Shown here one piece after another: positions 25,288-35,520 of a DNA stretch of 40,000 bases. The stretch is from an uncultured Chloroflexia bacterium (GTDB lineage: Bacteria > Chloroflexota > Ktedonobacteria > Ktedonobacterales > JADMIN01), in the NCBI GenBank assembly GCA_963826075.1, contig CAWGVQ010000007.1:318858-358857 (forward strand), given 5' to 3'. The notes under the pieces were generated by a model. That model had not been told where the DNA came from, ran no database searches, and saw nothing but the letters and a program-made list of their open reading frames with translations. The position numbers were made by a program, and so were the translations under genes. How positions within the stretch are numbered: position 1 is the stretch's first letter; each line of letters starts with the position of its first letter.

Positions 25288-26457
25288 TCACTCGGCCTCG
25301 AAGAGTGCGTCAACAAATTGAACTGGGTCGAAGGGAGCAATGTCGCCGATTTTTTCACCGGTTCCCACATACTTTATGGGTAGACCCAGCTCAGATGCCA
25401 CGGCGAATACGATACCACCACGCGCGGTGCCGTCCAGTTTGGTCAGGATGATGCCACTCACACCGGAATCCTCGACGAACTGCTTAGCCTGAATAAAGCC
25501 GTTCTGGCCAGTGGTGGCGTCGATGACCAGAAGCACCTCATGAGGCGCCTCAGGATCATACTTCTGGAGGACTTTTAGGATCTTCTTTAATTCCTCCATG
25601 AGATTGAACTTGGTATGGAGCCGTCCGGCAGTATCTACAATCAATACATCGGCGCCGCGTGCCTGCGCCGCTTGCATAGCGTCATAGACTACCGCACCGG
25701 GATCGGCGCCGTGCTGGTGGCTTATCACGGTCACACCGATACGGTCTCCCCACGCCTTAATCTGCTCGGTGGCAGCGGCGCGAAAAGTGTCTCCAGCAGC
25801 CAACATGACCCGATGTTTCTGGCGTTTGAGCAGGTTGGCTAGCTTGGCGATGCTGGTAGTCTTGCCTACTCCATTTACCCCTACAACCAGATACACTGAG
25901 ATGGGAGACGTGTCTGAAAAGACTAATGGCTCAGGTTCTCCAAGGAGTATCTCCAACTCTTCCTTGAGCGCATCACGTAGCTGGCGACCGCGGGTAAGAT
26001 TTTCGGCACGAACGCGCTCGCGTAACGTCTGCAAGAGCCTATCGGTGGTCTGTATGCCGACGTCGCCGGTTATCAGGGTCTCTTCCAGCTCGTCCCACAG
26101 CTCGGGAGAGATCTCGTCATTCTCCAGCGCCTCATTCACCTTGCCGAAGAGCTGGCGAGTGCGGCCTAGACCAAACCGGAAGGGATTAGCGAAGAATCCT
26201 TTCCGGCGAGGCTCTCCGGGAACGTCGTCCTGGTCCAACTCCGGCTCGGCCCCACTTTCATCCTCGGTATCAATCTCATCCTCCTGGGTCGGGAGCGCCA
26301 GCGCCGCTTCCTGGCTGCTGCGGTCGGTACAGCCATCCGCCGCCGGATAGGACTCCGCCTCCTCGGCCAGTTGCTGGTCATCCTCTTCGTTGTCGGGTGT
26401 GTCTTCGGGGTACTCTTCACTTCGCTTGAAAAGTCCCTCTCGGAATCGCTTGAACAT
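25288..26457 (-). CDS. ftsY: signal recognition particle receptor FtsY
   Basis: 389 aa. It has an acidic N-terminal domain, then the NG domain with GVNGVGKTTSIAKLA, DTAGRL and TKLDGTA. Confidence 0.93.
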   Translation of the reverse strand: MFKRFREGLFKRSEEYPEDTPDNEEDDQQLAEEAESYPAADGCTDRSSQEAALALPTQEDEIDTEDESGAEPELDQDDVPGEPRRKGFFANPFRFGLGRTRQLFGKVNEALENDEISPELWDELEETLITGDVGIQTTDRLLQTLRERVRAENLTRGRQLRDALKEELEILLGEPEPLVFSDTSPISVYLVVGVNGVGKTTSIAKLANLLKRQKHRVMLAAGDTFRAAATEQIKAWGDRIGVTVISHQHGADPGAVVYDAMQAAQARGADVLIVDTAGRLHTKFNLMEELKKILKVLQKYDPEAPHEVLLVIDATTGQNGFIQAKQFVEDSGVSGIILTKLDGTARGGIVFAVASELGLPIKYVGTGEKIGDIAPFDPVQFVDALFEAE

Positions 26458-26622
26458 GATTTATGCGTGCTCCGTGTAGATGGATATCGTCAGGTTTGGG
26501 GATGAGTTGCGGCCTGTCCGTCTTGAAGGGATGCCGCGGCCGCGGCCGAGCTCACCAGCTGGCACTGGGCAGATACTGCAGTACGCAATCGGGATGGATA
26601 CTCCATCACTTGGGTGTGTGCA

Positions 26623-26844
26623 TCAGCGCGAACCACGGTACGAAGTATGCATCGAGCCGTCACTGACCGGTTCGTTAATAATGATGTCACCGTTGCGAAT
26701 CTTGACATTGTACAGGCAATTGGGATTGGTGCAGACCCAGGCCTTAAACTGGATAGATGCACCCTGACTCCCGAAATCAGAAAGCGGCACGAGATCCCCT
26801 GCACCACACTTCCGACACCGCGGAAACATGAATTCCACGCCCAT
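26623..26844 (-). CDS. small zinc-ribbon protein (hypothetical)
   Basis: 73-aa ORF with the cysteine pairs CRKC and CTNPNC. It is the only plausible gene in the ~810-bp ftsY-lon gap. Confidence 0.4.
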   Translation of the reverse strand: MGVEFMFPRCRKCGAGDLVPLSDFGSQGASIQFKAWVCTNPNCLYNVKIRNGDIIINEPVSDGSMHTSYRGSR

Positions 26845-27148
26845 CTTCCCTTCCCTCAGCTCCGAACCTCAGCCGTACATCCCGTGTATTGCACCATGCA
26901 GTCACAGTGCAGAAATGGCAGCCAGGGGAGCTCACCCCATGTTGTCCGCCGCTTGCTAAAAGCGCGCTAATTGCCTGTAACACTATACCACACTCGCAAT
27001 TTAGAATGAACGGACACCACCAGTGCGCCCAGGGTCTCCCCTCGTTGCCATAGTACTGCTCGACATTCGTGGCCTGCTCACCTGCTCAACCGTTATCACA
27101 AGCAGGGTTGCTTGATACGGCGGACTGTCCTAGTCGCCCTGTGAGTAA

Positions 27149-27177
27149 TTGTCTTTCACCGTTCGCTGGGCTATACT
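27149..27177 (+). promoter_or_regulatory. candidate lon promoter TTGTCT-N17-TATACT
   Basis: Read from the sequence, about 95 nt upstream of the lon ATG. Confidence 0.35.
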
Positions 27178-27269
27178 AGTGCCGTGCAATCTTCCTGAGG
27201 TGGTCAAGATGGCAGCCGGTAAAATCGGCATTACTGTGCACGTCTAATGACAAAGGATGTTTCCGATAT

Positions 27270-29891
27270 ATGGATAGTCACCACCGTACGGTACGCCGGC
27301 CGCGGCGCACTCGGTCTGCGGTGATACCCCAACACGGACCTGAGTACGAGCTGGCGCGAGAGTATGGATCCTCCAGCAGTACTCCATTCGACGCCGGCAC
27401 CACTCCCACCGGCTGTACCGATGTCTGGCGTGATCTCCCCGTTTTGCCAGTTCGAGGTACCGTGGTACTTCCCGATATGGTGGTTCCGCTGTTCGTGGAC
27501 CGAGACCCCGCCCTCAGGTCAATCGAAGCCGCTCTGGCTGCCGATCAGGCCGTGCTGCTGGTCGCCCAGCGATCGGACCACACGACCGAGCCTACGTACC
27601 AGGACATCTATGGCGTCGGCACCGAATGTCACATCAATCGAGTCTTGCGCATGCCCGATGGAACGGTGAGCGTTATGGTGCAGGGTATTCGGCGGGTGCG
27701 TATAGATACCTGGATACAGCAGACTCCATTTGGAAAAATCCGGGGAATCATCTCTGATGAAGCCGCCGCACCGAACGCGCAGACCGAAGCGCTAGTACGA
27801 GCGGCTCTCGGCTACTTCGAGCAGTGTGCCAGGGTCAGCCACCGGTTGGACGACGAAGTGTACGGACAGGCTTCCGCTATCGAAGACCCCGGAATGCTGG
27901 CGGATTTCATAGTAGCGCAGTTGGAGCCACCCATCGCCGTGCGCCAGGAATTCTTGGAAACCTTCGACGTCTTGTCGCGGCTTCGAAAGGTATGCCGGCT
28001 GCTGCAGCACGAGCAGAGCGTTTTGGAGTTGGAACAGAAAATTCACGCCGAAGTACAGCAGGAGTCCGATCGAGGTCAGCGTGAGTTCTTTTTGCGTGAG
28101 CAGCTCAAGGCCGTACAACGAGAACTGGGCGAGCAGGATCCGGCGGCACGTGAGCACAGCGAGCTATGCGCCAAGATAGAATCGTCTGGCATGCCGCCAC
28201 TGGTTCGGGAGCGAGCTCTCAAGGAAGTCGAGCGGTTGCAGGCCATGCCGGCGGCGGCTCCCGAATACAGCGTCGTTCGCAGCTATGTGGATTGGCTGAT
28301 TTGCCTGCCGTGGAGCCAGCGCACTGCTGACCGGCTGGATCTTGACTACGTGGCGCAAGTCCTGGACGAGCAGCACTTCGGGTTAGAGAAGGTCAAAGAC
28401 CGAATCGTCGAGTTCATTGCCGTACGCAAGCTGGCTCCGGAAGGCCGTTCGCCGATACTCTGCTTCGTTGGCCCGCCAGGCGTAGGCAAGACGTCGCTGG
28501 GGCATTCAATTGCCGATGCGCTGGGCCGCAAGTTTGCCCGTATCTCGCTGGGTGGAGTGCGAGATGAGGCCGAGATTCGCGGTCACCGCCGCACCTACGT
28601 CGGCGCGCTACCAGGCCGTATCGTCCAGACCATGAAGACGGTTGGGACGGTAAATCCCGTCCTCGTGCTGGATGAGATCGATAAGCTGGCGTCGGATTAC
28701 CGGGGCGATCCAGCAGCGGCTCTCCTTGAGGTATTGGATCCAGAACAGAATAACACCTTCTCTGACCATTATCTGGAAGTGCCGTACGACCTGAAAAACG
28801 TCTTCTTTATCCTGACTGCGAATGTGCTGGATACGATTCCCGCTGCCCTGCGAGACCGGATGGAAGTCATCGAGATTTCGGGATATACGGAAGAAGAAAA
28901 GGTAGCCATCGGGCGCCAGTTTATCGTGCCTAAAGTCATACGCGACTGTGGCCTCAGCCCCGCGCGCATCGAGTTCGAGGATGCTGCGCTGCACCGGATC
29001 ATACGCGAGTACACCTTTGAGTCCGGGGTACGTGGCTATCAGCGCGAGATCAGTGCCATCGCCAGAAAGATCGCACGCAATGTCGCCGAAGGGCGTCGCG
29101 CTCGAGCGACCATCTCCAGGAAGCGGGTCCCGGATTACCTTGGACCTCAGAAGTTCTTCCCCACCGAGGCTGAGAGCGAGGATGGGATTGGTGTAGCCAC
29201 CGGGCTTGCCTGGACAGCCGCCGGAGGCGATTTGACCACAGTCGAGGTCATGGCGGTACCGGGGCATGGCTCCATCATACTTACCGGACAGCTCGGAGAG
29301 GTAATGCGCGAGTCGGCGCAGGCGGCACTGACATTTACGCGCTCACGCGCCGCTTCACTTGGCTTGCGCGAATCCTTCTATGAGTCCTTCGATATCCATG
29401 TCCACCTTCCGGCTGGGAGCATTCCCAAAGATGGTCCATCGGCGGGCATTACCATGGCAGTGGCCATGATCTCCGCTTTGACCGGTAGACCGGTTCGCAG
29501 AGATCTAGCCATGACCGGAGAAATTACCTTGCGGGGCCGGGTTCTGCCGGTTGGAGGCATCAAGGAGAAGGTGCTGGCTGCCTATCGAGCTGGAGTGCAG
29601 ACGGTGATTCTGCCAAGACGCAATCTCAAAGATCTCGACGACATTTCCAGCGATATTCGCAGCCGGCTCAAGTTCGTAGCGGTAGAGCACATGGATGAGG
29701 TGCTGGTACTGGTGCTGGCTTCGTCGACCGGACGGCCAGGGACCGACGTTGGGATAGTACCTACCGCGGTGCCGGCCACTCCTCTGGCGCGAGCGGTATT
29801 GCCGCCACCACCCGATATCGAGCCGGTGGAACCCATTGGGCGCGTCGCCCGCTCCCGAGTACGGCGTGCAGAGATCATCGCTGGATCGTGA
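27270..29891 (+). CDS. lon: ATP-dependent Lon protease
   Basis: 873 aa. The LON N-domain reads [21 protein letters not shown], Walker A reads GPPGVGKTS, and the catalytic motif reads KDGPSAG. It has Arg-rich N-terminal and Pro-rich C-terminal extensions. Confidence 0.93.
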   Translation: MDSHHRTVRRPRRTRSAVIPQHGPEYELAREYGSSSSTPFDAGTTPTGCTDVWRDLPVLPVRGTVVLPDMVVPLFVDRDPALRSIEAALAADQAVLLVAQRSDHTTEPTYQDIYGVGTECHINRVLRMPDGTVSVMVQGIRRVRIDTWIQQTPFGKIRGIISDEAAAPNAQTEALVRAALGYFEQCARVSHRLDDEVYGQASAIEDPGMLADFIVAQLEPPIAVRQEFLETFDVLSRLRKVCRLLQHEQSVLELEQKIHAEVQQESDRGQREFFLREQLKAVQRELGEQDPAAREHSELCAKIESSGMPPLVRERALKEVERLQAMPAAAPEYSVVRSYVDWLICLPWSQRTADRLDLDYVAQVLDEQHFGLEKVKDRIVEFIAVRKLAPEGRSPILCFVGPPGVGKTSLGHSIADALGRKFARISLGGVRDEAEIRGHRRTYVGALPGRIVQTMKTVGTVNPVLVLDEIDKLASDYRGDPAAALLEVLDPEQNNTFSDHYLEVPYDLKNVFFILTANVLDTIPAALRDRMEVIEISGYTEEEKVAIGRQFIVPKVIRDCGLSPARIEFEDAALHRIIREYTFESGVRGYQREISAIARKIARNVAEGRRARATISRKRVPDYLGPQKFFPTEAESEDGIGVATGLAWTAAGGDLTTVEVMAVPGHGSIILTGQLGEVMRESAQAALTFTRSRAASLGLRESFYESFDIHVHLPAGSIPKDGPSAGITMAVAMISALTGRPVRRDLAMTGEITLRGRVLPVGGIKEKVLAAYRAGVQTVILPRRNLKDLDDISSDIRSRLKFVAVEHMDEVLVLVLASSTGRPGTDVGIVPTAVPATPLARAVLPPPPDIEPVEPIGRVARSRVRRAEIIAGS

Positions 29892-29898
29892 CCTCCGT

Positions 29899-30318
29899 CT
29901 AGCTACGCAAGCGCGAGTACTCAATGGCTGTGCAGCGGTCCTCCACCACGAGCAGTCCAGCTTTACTGGCCCGCAGTTCAGCCTCCGGGTCGCGAACTCC
30001 TAGCTGGGTCCAAAGCACCTTCGCTCCCACCGCAATCGCCTTCTCCACAATGTCGGCCACATACTCAGAGCGCCTGAATACGTCCACGATCTCGGGCGGT
30101 TCCGGCAGGTCGGCCAGACTCGCATACACCCGTTCGCCCAGCACAGTCTCTCCAGCCAGAAGAGGATTTACCAGGAACAGGCTATAGCCATGCCGTTTCA
30201 GGAAGCTGGCCACGCTATGACTGGGACGGCTAGGGTTAGCTGAAATGCCCACTACGGCAATGCGTCGGTACCCTTCTAGAATGTCACGCAGCTCCTGGTC
30301 GCTCGATACAATAGGCAT
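29899..30318 (-). CDS. CoA-binding domain protein (YccU-like)
   Basis: 139 aa from the ATG at 30318, with GGGAGG 10 nt upstream. IAVVGISANPSRPSHSVASFLKRHGY..VNP is typical of CoA_binding_2 proteins. Confidence 0.8.
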   Translation of the reverse strand: MPIVSSDQELRDILEGYRRIAVVGISANPSRPSHSVASFLKRHGYSLFLVNPLLAGETVLGERVYASLADLPEPPEIVDVFRRSEYVADIVEKAIAVGAKVLWTQLGVRDPEAELRASKAGLLVVEDRCTAIEYSRLRS

Positions 30319-30436
30319 ACTGTATTGTCCTCCCAGTATGGCGCAATGAGAATGATATGATGCAACATATTCATTTCGAGGCTCTCGTTTTCCCAGGGTA
30401 CACCCGCACCCATTATATAGAAAAATCGTAGTAATC

Positions 30437-33202
30437 ATGATTGCACCAGCTCGACGCCAGTACCTCGACATCAAGGCGCAACACCCCGATGCCATACTGC
30501 TCTACCAGGTGGGCGATTTCTACGAGACTTTTGATGATGATGCGCGCATCGCCGCACACGAGCTACAAATTGCGCTGACCGGGCGATCGTATGGGTCGAG
30601 TGAGCGAGTTCCGCTCGCCGGCGTGCCGGTTCATGCGCTCGATAATTACGCCGCCAAATTACTGGCGCGCGGCTATAAAGTGGCCATCTGCGAACAAGTC
30701 GAAGTACCCACTCGAGGCCTGGTGAAGCGAGAGGTCACCCGTATCCTAACGCCGGGAACCGTGGTCTCTCCAGTTATGGTGCCTCCCGGTCGCGACAACT
30801 ACCTGGTAGCGATCGCCACCGCGCCGACCGGTTCACCCGGACGGGGTAGAGGACCACTAGGTGGTGCCGGACTTGCCTATATTGACGCCAGCACCGGTAC
30901 CTTCTGTTGCACGGAATGGCCGGCCAGCCATGCGGACGACTCACTCCGCGCCGAACTGGAGCGGCTCTCGCCGGCCGAGATCATCATCGCCGATGGGCTG
31001 GCGAGCAGTCCAGGTTCCGGGGGCGCAGTGCTTGGGCAGCCCGCCAGCTACACCCTCACCAGCTGTCCGGATCATTTCTTTTCTCTGGAAGAGAGCCGGG
31101 AACGACTCTGCCGACATTTCCAGACTTCTACCCTAGCCGGCTTCATACCGCCGGCTCGAGTGCTGGCAATTGCCGCCAGTGGGGCTATACTGGCCTATGT
31201 CGAGCGCATGAATCCCGCGCTGCTTTCGCTGGTAAGCGGACTGTCGTATTATGACACCAGCGATCTGGTGCAGATCGACGGACGCACCTGGCAGGCTCTG
31301 GAAGCGGTCTCGCCAAGCGCTGCTGGAAGCCTCTACGCCGGCGGGTTCGCAGTGGCCGCGACCCGGAGTGAAACCCCGCCGACTTTGCTCTCGCTACTCG
31401 ACAGAACACGCACCCTCATGGGGTCACGGCAGCTGCGCCGAACCCTGCTTTCACCGCTCAACGATCGGCCGGCCTTGGAGGAGCGACTGGATGCCGTCGG
31501 AGAGATGTATGCCGATCTCGATCTCTGCCAGCGATTGGCTGCGCTGCTGGACGGCATGCCCGATCTAGAACGTCTGGCCGCTCGCGTGGTGCAGGGGAGC
31601 GCGGCCCCACGCGAGCTACACGCCATACGCCTCGGCCTGAAGCAGTCAGCTGAGCTTTCAGTGGAACTACGCTTGGCTCAGGCGCTGGCTCTGCAACGAA
31701 CACAGCAGGCGATAGAGCCGTGCCCGGAGGTCTGCCGCCTGATCGAAGAAGCTATTGCCGATACGGCAGGACAGACCATCCGGCCCGGTTACTCGCCCGA
31801 GCTTGACGGCATAAATGCTTCGATATCGGAGGCACGCCTCTGGATCGCAAGTCTTGAAGCTATCGAGCGCGATCGCACCGGCATCAAGTCACTCAAGGTC
31901 GGCTTCAACAAGGTCTTCGGCTACTACCTGGAGGTCTCGCATGCCAACCTTTCACGCGTACCGAAAGAGTACCAGCGCCGGCAGACGTTGGTCAACGGTG
32001 AACGCTACATTACAGCGGAGCTCAAAGAGCGTGAAGCAACGATACTCCATGCCGAGGAACAGATCGGCGAGCTGGAGTCCCGCCTCTACCGGGATATACT
32101 GGAGAAGATTGCCGCCTATCACTCCAAAATCCGCTCTACCGCTCTGGCGATTGCCTCGGTGGATGTCTGGCTGGCCCTGGCACAGGTGGCACTGACACGC
32201 GGGTACGTGCGTCCCGAGCTCTCTGATGCGACCGAACTCTATATTCAATGTGGCCGCCATCCAATTGTGGAAGCGTCCCGGGGCGGCGCCGAGTTCATCG
32301 CCAATGATACTCACCTCGATCCATTGGCGGACGGCGGCAGAGGAACTCGTATCATGCTGTTGACCGGACCCAACATGGCCGGGAAATCTACCTATCTACG
32401 GCAGGTGGCTACCATCGTGCTTCTAGCACAGATAGGCTCATTCGTTCCCGCCGAGTCTGCTCGTCTCGGCCTGGTAGACCGAATTTCCTGTCGAGTAGGA
32501 GCGGAGGACGACCTGGCTCGTGGAATGAGCACGTTTATGCTGGAGATGGTCGAAACCGCAGCTATACTGCGGCAATCCACCCCGCGCAGCCTGGTGATCC
32601 TGGATGAGGTAGGCCGCGGCACCAGCACTCACGATGGACTAGCTATCGCTCGCGCCGTCACCGAATACCTGCACGACGCTCTCGGTGCCCGTACCCTGTT
32701 TGCCACTCACTTCCACGAGCTGGCCAGATTGGAGGAGAGTCTGGCAGGGCTGTCTATCTTCCGGATGGAGGTGGCCGAGAGAGACGGCGAGCCGATCTTC
32801 CTACACCGGGTAGTGCCTGGCGCCAGCTCGGAGAGCTACGGCATCGAGGTCGCGCGTATGGCTGGGCTGCCGCCATCGGTGACCAGACGCGCAACCGAGG
32901 TCCTGGCGGAATCCCTTACGCTAGCACCCCAGTCAGCACAGGCTAGGTCGTTGGCCAACCGCTCGCGCCGCCAGCGCCCCTACGAAAGCCGCGTTCCGGC
33001 CACCATCATCGCGGAAGCGGAAGGACATGCATATACCGCGGCCAGAGACCCGGCCAGAGCGGTGGCCGTGGCTCTGGCAAGTCTGAACATTGCCGCCATG
33101 ACTCCCATGGAGGCACTCAATGTACTCTTTTCACTTCAACAGGAGTCGCTCGCGGTCCTAGGCTACCCTTCGCCACGCCCAGGAGCCCACGACGCACCAT
33201 AG
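30437..33202 (+). CDS. mutS: DNA mismatch repair protein MutS
   Basis: 921 aa. The N-terminus reads QYLDIKAQHPDAILLYQVGDFYETF. Walker A reads GPNMAGKSTYLRQ, and DEVGRGTST is also present. Confidence 0.95.
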   Translation: MIAPARRQYLDIKAQHPDAILLYQVGDFYETFDDDARIAAHELQIALTGRSYGSSERVPLAGVPVHALDNYAAKLLARGYKVAICEQVEVPTRGLVKREVTRILTPGTVVSPVMVPPGRDNYLVAIATAPTGSPGRGRGPLGGAGLAYIDASTGTFCCTEWPASHADDSLRAELERLSPAEIIIADGLASSPGSGGAVLGQPASYTLTSCPDHFFSLEESRERLCRHFQTSTLAGFIPPARVLAIAASGAILAYVERMNPALLSLVSGLSYYDTSDLVQIDGRTWQALEAVSPSAAGSLYAGGFAVAATRSETPPTLLSLLDRTRTLMGSRQLRRTLLSPLNDRPALEERLDAVGEMYADLDLCQRLAALLDGMPDLERLAARVVQGSAAPRELHAIRLGLKQSAELSVELRLAQALALQRTQQAIEPCPEVCRLIEEAIADTAGQTIRPGYSPELDGINASISEARLWIASLEAIERDRTGIKSLKVGFNKVFGYYLEVSHANLSRVPKEYQRRQTLVNGERYITAELKEREATILHAEEQIGELESRLYRDILEKIAAYHSKIRSTALAIASVDVWLALAQVALTRGYVRPELSDATELYIQCGRHPIVEASRGGAEFIANDTHLDPLADGGRGTRIMLLTGPNMAGKSTYLRQVATIVLLAQIGSFVPAESARLGLVDRISCRVGAEDDLARGMSTFMLEMVETAAILRQSTPRSLVILDEVGRGTSTHDGLAIARAVTEYLHDALGARTLFATHFHELARLEESLAGLSIFRMEVAERDGEPIFLHRVVPGASSESYGIEVARMAGLPPSVTRRATEVLAESLTLAPQSAQARSLANRSRRQRPYESRVPATIIAEAEGHAYTAARDPARAVAVALASLNIAAMTPMEALNVLFSLQQESLAVLGYPSPRPGAHDAP

Positions 33203-33242
33203 CCTAATCTGAATTGGCCTATACGTCAGGAGTCACCCGACA

Positions 33243-33719
33243 ATGGAGAGAATCAAAAAGAGATGCACCAAATGCAGTAAGGTCAAGTTACTGATCGAGT
33301 TCGACACCAATAGCGGCACGTACGATGGACTGTACAGTTGGTGCAAATCGTGTCAGAGAATCTTTAAGAGCTTCCATACGCGAAACTACGGCAAAAATGC
33401 GCAAACCAACAAAGTTATGCAAAGGTTGCAAATGGACAGGCATGAAAGGAATTTGGCAGCAAAAAGAAGGTCAAGAATGAAATATATGTATGGAATCGCG
33501 CCGGAGCAGTATGACAAAATCTTGGAGGAACAGAATTATCTCTGCGCGCTCTGCGGCTGCGAACTGACACACGACGCCGTGCCCAGCATTGATCACAGCC
33601 ATACATTGAATGAAATGCGTGGAATTGTGTGTAGGAAGTGTAACCTCATGATCGGTCTTGCCGAAGATAATCCAAGAATATTGTACCTGGGCATTAAGTA
33701 CTTGCATCAGTCTTCGTAG
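33243..33719 (+). CDS. recombination endonuclease VII family protein (HNH-like), low GC
   Basis: 158 aa. The N-terminal zinc ribbon reads CTKC...CKSC. The C-terminal core reads LCALCGCEL....IDHSHTLNEMRGIVCRKCNLMIGLAEDNP, which matches the Endonuclease_7 pattern C.IC...DH.H..G..RG.LC..CN..LG. Confidence 0.8.
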   Translation: MERIKKRCTKCSKVKLLIEFDTNSGTYDGLYSWCKSCQRIFKSFHTRNYGKNAQTNKVMQRLQMDRHERNLAAKRRSRMKYMYGIAPEQYDKILEEQNYLCALCGCELTHDAVPSIDHSHTLNEMRGIVCRKCNLMIGLAEDNPRILYLGIKYLHQSS

Positions 33720-35466
33720 CCAGCGGCGGCAAACCCAGCGGTCCCGACTCCTCCAGGGCAAATGCCTGATACGCCTCCAGCTGACGGGCTTGCTCTTGGG
33801 CCGTCCAGCCCAGTGGAGCAGCCATAAGCTCGGCGACGTGTGGGGCCACCGCCGAGCCGCGGAATCGTTCCTGAATGGCAATATGGGTTCGCCGCGCCAG
33901 CACATCTTCTATGGTGAGAGCCAGCTCGGCCAGGCAAGCGTGCACCACCTCCGCGGCGATATACGGCAGGTCAGGAATCAGGCGTTCCGACAGCTCTGGA
34001 CGAGAGGCGATCAGGTCCAACAGGTCACTCGCGACGGTTCCATAAGCTTGACTCAGATGCTCGGAAACCGCGCTGTCGAGTCCCAGCTGGGCGGCGCGCC
34101 GGAGAAACGCAGCCCGTGAGTCAAACCAGCCCGCACCGCCATACAGCGACATCTTGGTAGTGGGGTGGCCTTTGTGATGGCCCTCGTGGATATCGATTCG
34201 GTCCATTACGTCCTGAGCCATACGGCGATAGGTGGTCAACTTGCCACCTGAGACGGTGATGAGGCCGTCTTCACCTTCGACTACGGCATGGCTCCGCGAG
34301 AGCCGAGCTGGTGTCCGGCCGGTGCGAAGCTTTAAGAGCGGCCGGTAGCCGGAGTATGTAGCCAATATATCGTCGCGCACCACCGGCCGGCGTAAGAAGC
34401 GGTTGAGGTGGTCGAGGATATAATCGATTTCCGATTCGGCAGCCACCGGTGTCTCGAGGTCTCGAGCAACATCATCAGTGGTGCCGACTAGCGCGCGGGA
34501 GAGCCACGGCACGATGAAGAGAATGCGCCGGTCCTCGGTCTCCGGCAGCACGATAGCTTCGTCGCCCAGATCAAAAATCTCGCGGGCAAAGACCAGATGG
34601 GTGCCCTTGCTGGGCACGATCTCCAGGCCGGGTGTTTCTCTAGCAAGCCGCTCGGTCTCTTCAGCCCAGACACCGGTGGCGTTGACGATATATCGCGCCC
34701 GAATGATCAGCTTCGCAGGTAGATTTGGGAGTGTGCTTTCGGCTACCACTCCACGCAGTGCGCCGGCTTCCTGCAAGAAACCAGTAGCGCTGCAGTAGTT
34801 CGCCAACAGCGCTCCGCGCTCGGCGGCAGAGAGAAGCACCGACATGGTGAGGCGTGTGTCGTCGGTCTGGGCATCGAAATACACAAATCCAGTCTTCATT
34901 CCTGATGGAGTTAGACAGGGCGCGCGGCGTATCACCTCGTCGCTGGTAAGCCGATGATGAGGGGCAATGTTCTCCTGGCCAGCCAGCCCGTCGTAGATAT
35001 TCAGCCCGGTATCCAGTATCAGGTCTAGCCCGAGCCCGAGCGGTGGAGCAATGGGCAACCCCACCGGCCGTCTGGAGCTGGCGTAGAGTGGAAGTATAAA
35101 GGAGAGTGGCTGTACCAGATGGGGCGCGTTGCGTAGCAGGCGTCCTCGTTCCACGAGCGCCTCGCGTACCAGCGGAACATCGAACTGTGGCAGATAGCGT
35201 ATTCCACCGTGTACCAGCTTGGTGGAGCGGCTGCTGGTGCCGCCAGCAAAATCACGCCGCTCGATCAATCCGGTGCGATAGCCGCGCGCCACCGCGTCCA
35301 GCGCCACCCCCGCGCCGGTAATGCCCCCGCCAATCACCAGCACATCAAGGGGGGTGCCGGCCATCTCCAGCAGAGCTTCCGCTCTGCTGGCCGCTCCGAG
35401 CCTAACCATGTACCTTGCCGCCCTGTCTGGCAATGCTTTCAGGTGATTGCATACGTGATCTTTCAT
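33694..35466 (-). CDS. glpD: FAD-dependent glycerol-3-phosphate dehydrogenase
   Basis: 590 aa. It has DVLVIGGGITGAGVALDAVARGYRTGLIERRDFAGGTSSRSTKLVHGGIRYL. Its 3' end overlaps the endonuclease VII gene by 26 nt (convergent). Confidence 0.88.
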   Translation of the reverse strand: MKDHVCNHLKALPDRAARYMVRLGAASRAEALLEMAGTPLDVLVIGGGITGAGVALDAVARGYRTGLIERRDFAGGTSSRSTKLVHGGIRYLPQFDVPLVREALVERGRLLRNAPHLVQPLSFILPLYASSRRPVGLPIAPPLGLGLDLILDTGLNIYDGLAGQENIAPHHRLTSDEVIRRAPCLTPSGMKTGFVYFDAQTDDTRLTMSVLLSAAERGALLANYCSATGFLQEAGALRGVVAESTLPNLPAKLIIRARYIVNATGVWAEETERLARETPGLEIVPSKGTHLVFAREIFDLGDEAIVLPETEDRRILFIVPWLSRALVGTTDDVARDLETPVAAESEIDYILDHLNRFLRRPVVRDDILATYSGYRPLLKLRTGRTPARLSRSHAVVEGEDGLITVSGGKLTTYRRMAQDVMDRIDIHEGHHKGHPTTKMSLYGGAGWFDSRAAFLRRAAQLGLDSAVSEHLSQAYGTVASDLLDLIASRPELSERLIPDLPYIAAEVVHACLAELALTIEDVLARRTHIAIQERFRGSAVAPHVAELMAAPLGWTAQEQARQLEAYQAFALEESGPLGLPPLATKTDAST

Positions 35467-35520
35467 GAAATTTCGTGATAGGCGCCACTAATGGCAAGCG
35501 TAACATCAGAGCGGTGACCA

